A DNA stretch of 64,000 nt, taken from the NCBI RefSeq assembly GCF_009914755.1, contig NC_060935.1. One strand, 5' to 3'. Positions 61,219-64,000 of this stretch are shown in pieces. Numbering within the stretch: position 1 is the stretch's first letter; each line of letters starts with the position of its first letter. The DNA comes from the human T2T-CHM13v2.0 reference genome, Homo sapiens. Made by a program: the position numbers and the translations under genes. The notes under the pieces are model-generated. The model saw only the letters and a program-made list of their open reading frames with translations, had not been told where the DNA came from and made no database searches.

Positions 61219-62379
61219 AGATAGTGCGTTAAATTTAGGATAATTTTGCATTATTTTTAAAGATAGGTCTGAGCTAATGCTAATATTTTAGTTCCACAGA
61301 AGGAAAAAGTCCAGTTTGCTATGAGAATAGTAACATTGTCTACGCTCTCTCTAGCAGAAAGGAAAGGATGGTGAGTCTCAGTGGGCAGCCTGGGGAAGGT
61401 CAGAGAATGCCAGCTTGTTCCTGAGTGGCCTCAGTGATGACCCAGACATGGTCAGTCATGATTCCTCAGACTTGGGCATAATCGAAGGATCATCTGGATC
61501 TCTGCTTCTCCTAATGCCTTTATCCCCTGCATTCCAAAGCAAGAGGGGAGAAAAGCAAAATTGAATCTGAAGGCAGACTCCATGTGACCACTTTAATTAA
61601 ATGTAAGAGTGGCTGCTGTGTGAGGCAAAAGGAAAAAACTCAGGAGAAAGGGCATGATATTGTTTTGAAGCAGGGAAGCCGAGGACATACAATAGAACAA
61701 GAAAATAAAGTATGGAAGTTGTTCAACTACCGTCTGCTTCGTATGCATTCTATTGCAGGTGTAGAGATCTGGAGAGAAGGACAGAGAGGGCAATACTAGT
61801 GATTTTGTTTTTAAATAAGTTACCAAAGGTAATTAAGTCTTCCTTTTGTGCTTCAATGGAAACAGAATGACTCAAGCTCCAACCAGCAGGATGTCATGCT
61901 TCCTGGGCTAGACTGCACCGTCTATCCCACTAAAATGGGCAAATATTTCACTACCGTTTGGTACTTCTCTATGTTGCCTTCTGTTAATAAAATACTCATC
62001 AATAACAATCCCATCTAATATGGCAGATTATTATATAGGTCTTATAATGTAGTTCAATTTATGTAAACAAGCCTGAAGAATAGATATTTTACAGGCCAGG
62101 ATTTATATACAAATTGCATCACCCATAAATGCTACAGCCAGGATTGGAATCAAGGTTTCTGACTTCAATTCAGTGTTCTCTTCATGACATGATACTGACT
62201 GAGAGTGACCACTGCACTGTGGCTGTTGAGGGTGAGAAAGCACAGTCATTGTTGACTGGGGGCTCCTGGCAAGCCAACAATGTAAAAATGTTCCAGAAAA
62301 ATCCCATCACTCAGGAGTCAACTCTGAACATACACCTGAGAGATGTGTCATTTACTTCATCAAGTGATTTGTGTGTGGT

Positions 62380-63330
<951 letters not shown>

Positions 63331-63394
63331 TGTGCTTTGTGTATGTGTGTATTACAATTAACTAATTAAAAGGTAATACATGAAAATGAATAAA

Positions 63395-64000
63395 TGCAGT
63401 TGTTAGCATTGTTGAGATATGATTAACATAGCTTACACCTTATTCATTTACAAATGTATAATTTTGTGAGTTTTGGTATATTTAAAAGTTATACAACTAC
63501 CCGTTTATTGTTGTGCAATACAATCAATTTAGAAAAATGTTATCATCCCCAACAGAAACCCATACCTTTTGTAAGTGACCTTCATCTCACCCCCCAGCAC
63601 ATTACCTTCCCTAAGGCCAGGCAACCACTAGTGTACTTTCTTTTTCTATAAAATTGCCTGTTCGGTTTATATCTTTTGTCTTTTGCCACTGCTTTGTTGA
63701 CTTAGCATAATGTTCTTAAGGTCCATCCATATTGTAGAGTCTATCAGTAGTTCATTTGTTTTTATGACTAATATTACACTGTATGGATCCACATTTTGTT
63801 TATCCATTCATCAGTGGATGGACGTTTGGGTTGCTTCCACCTTGGGACTATTGTGAGTAATACTGTTATGAACATTCATGTACAAGTTTTTGTGTAGACA
63901 TATATTTTCTTTTCTCTTGGTTTTATACCTAGGAGTGGAATAGCTGGGTGGTAGGTTAACTACATTTCACCCTTTGAGGAACTGCCAGACTATTTTGCAA
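63395..64000 (-). mobile_element. L1MB-like 3' end, runs off the window
   Basis: ggcaaccactagtgtactttc...cttagcataatgtt...tttatccattcatcagtggatggacgtttgggttgcttccac...atacctaggagtggaatagctggg. Confidence 0.8.

Overview
Human (primate) genomic DNA from inside the neurotrimin gene NTM, an IgLON-family GPI-anchored neural adhesion molecule transcribed on the + strand. The only protein-coding sequence I can support is one 126-nt, phase 1-1 exon (4543-4668) encoding the first half of Ig domain 2. The rest is intron: about 4.5 kb upstream and more than 59 kb downstream, with no further NTM exon in the window. The introns hold Alu, L1, L2, MIR, MaLR/ERVL LTR and hAT/Tigger DNA-transposon relics, microsatellites, and several repeat-poor, CpG-retaining blocks that look like enhancers. 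All other ORFs in the track are best explained as chance or repeat-derived. The most interesting unexplained structure is at the pre-mRNA level. (1) Sense-strand UG tracts abut strong cryptic splice and poly(A) signals, giving candidate TDP-43-repressed poison or terminal exons (41651-41826, 61221-61370, 9955-10011). (2) There are three candidate recursive splice sites of the form polypyrimidine-CAG|GT(A/G)A; two are followed by ~220-nt stop-containing exons. (3) A young AluYa5 forms an inverted pair with an AluJ around the in-frame-skippable exon. (4) A tail-to-tail inverted Alu pair sits only ~45 nt apart. (5) There is a periodic RFX X-box cluster. These are hypotheses read by eye. Repeat subfamily calls and most repeat boundaries are approximate and come from remembered consensus sequences.
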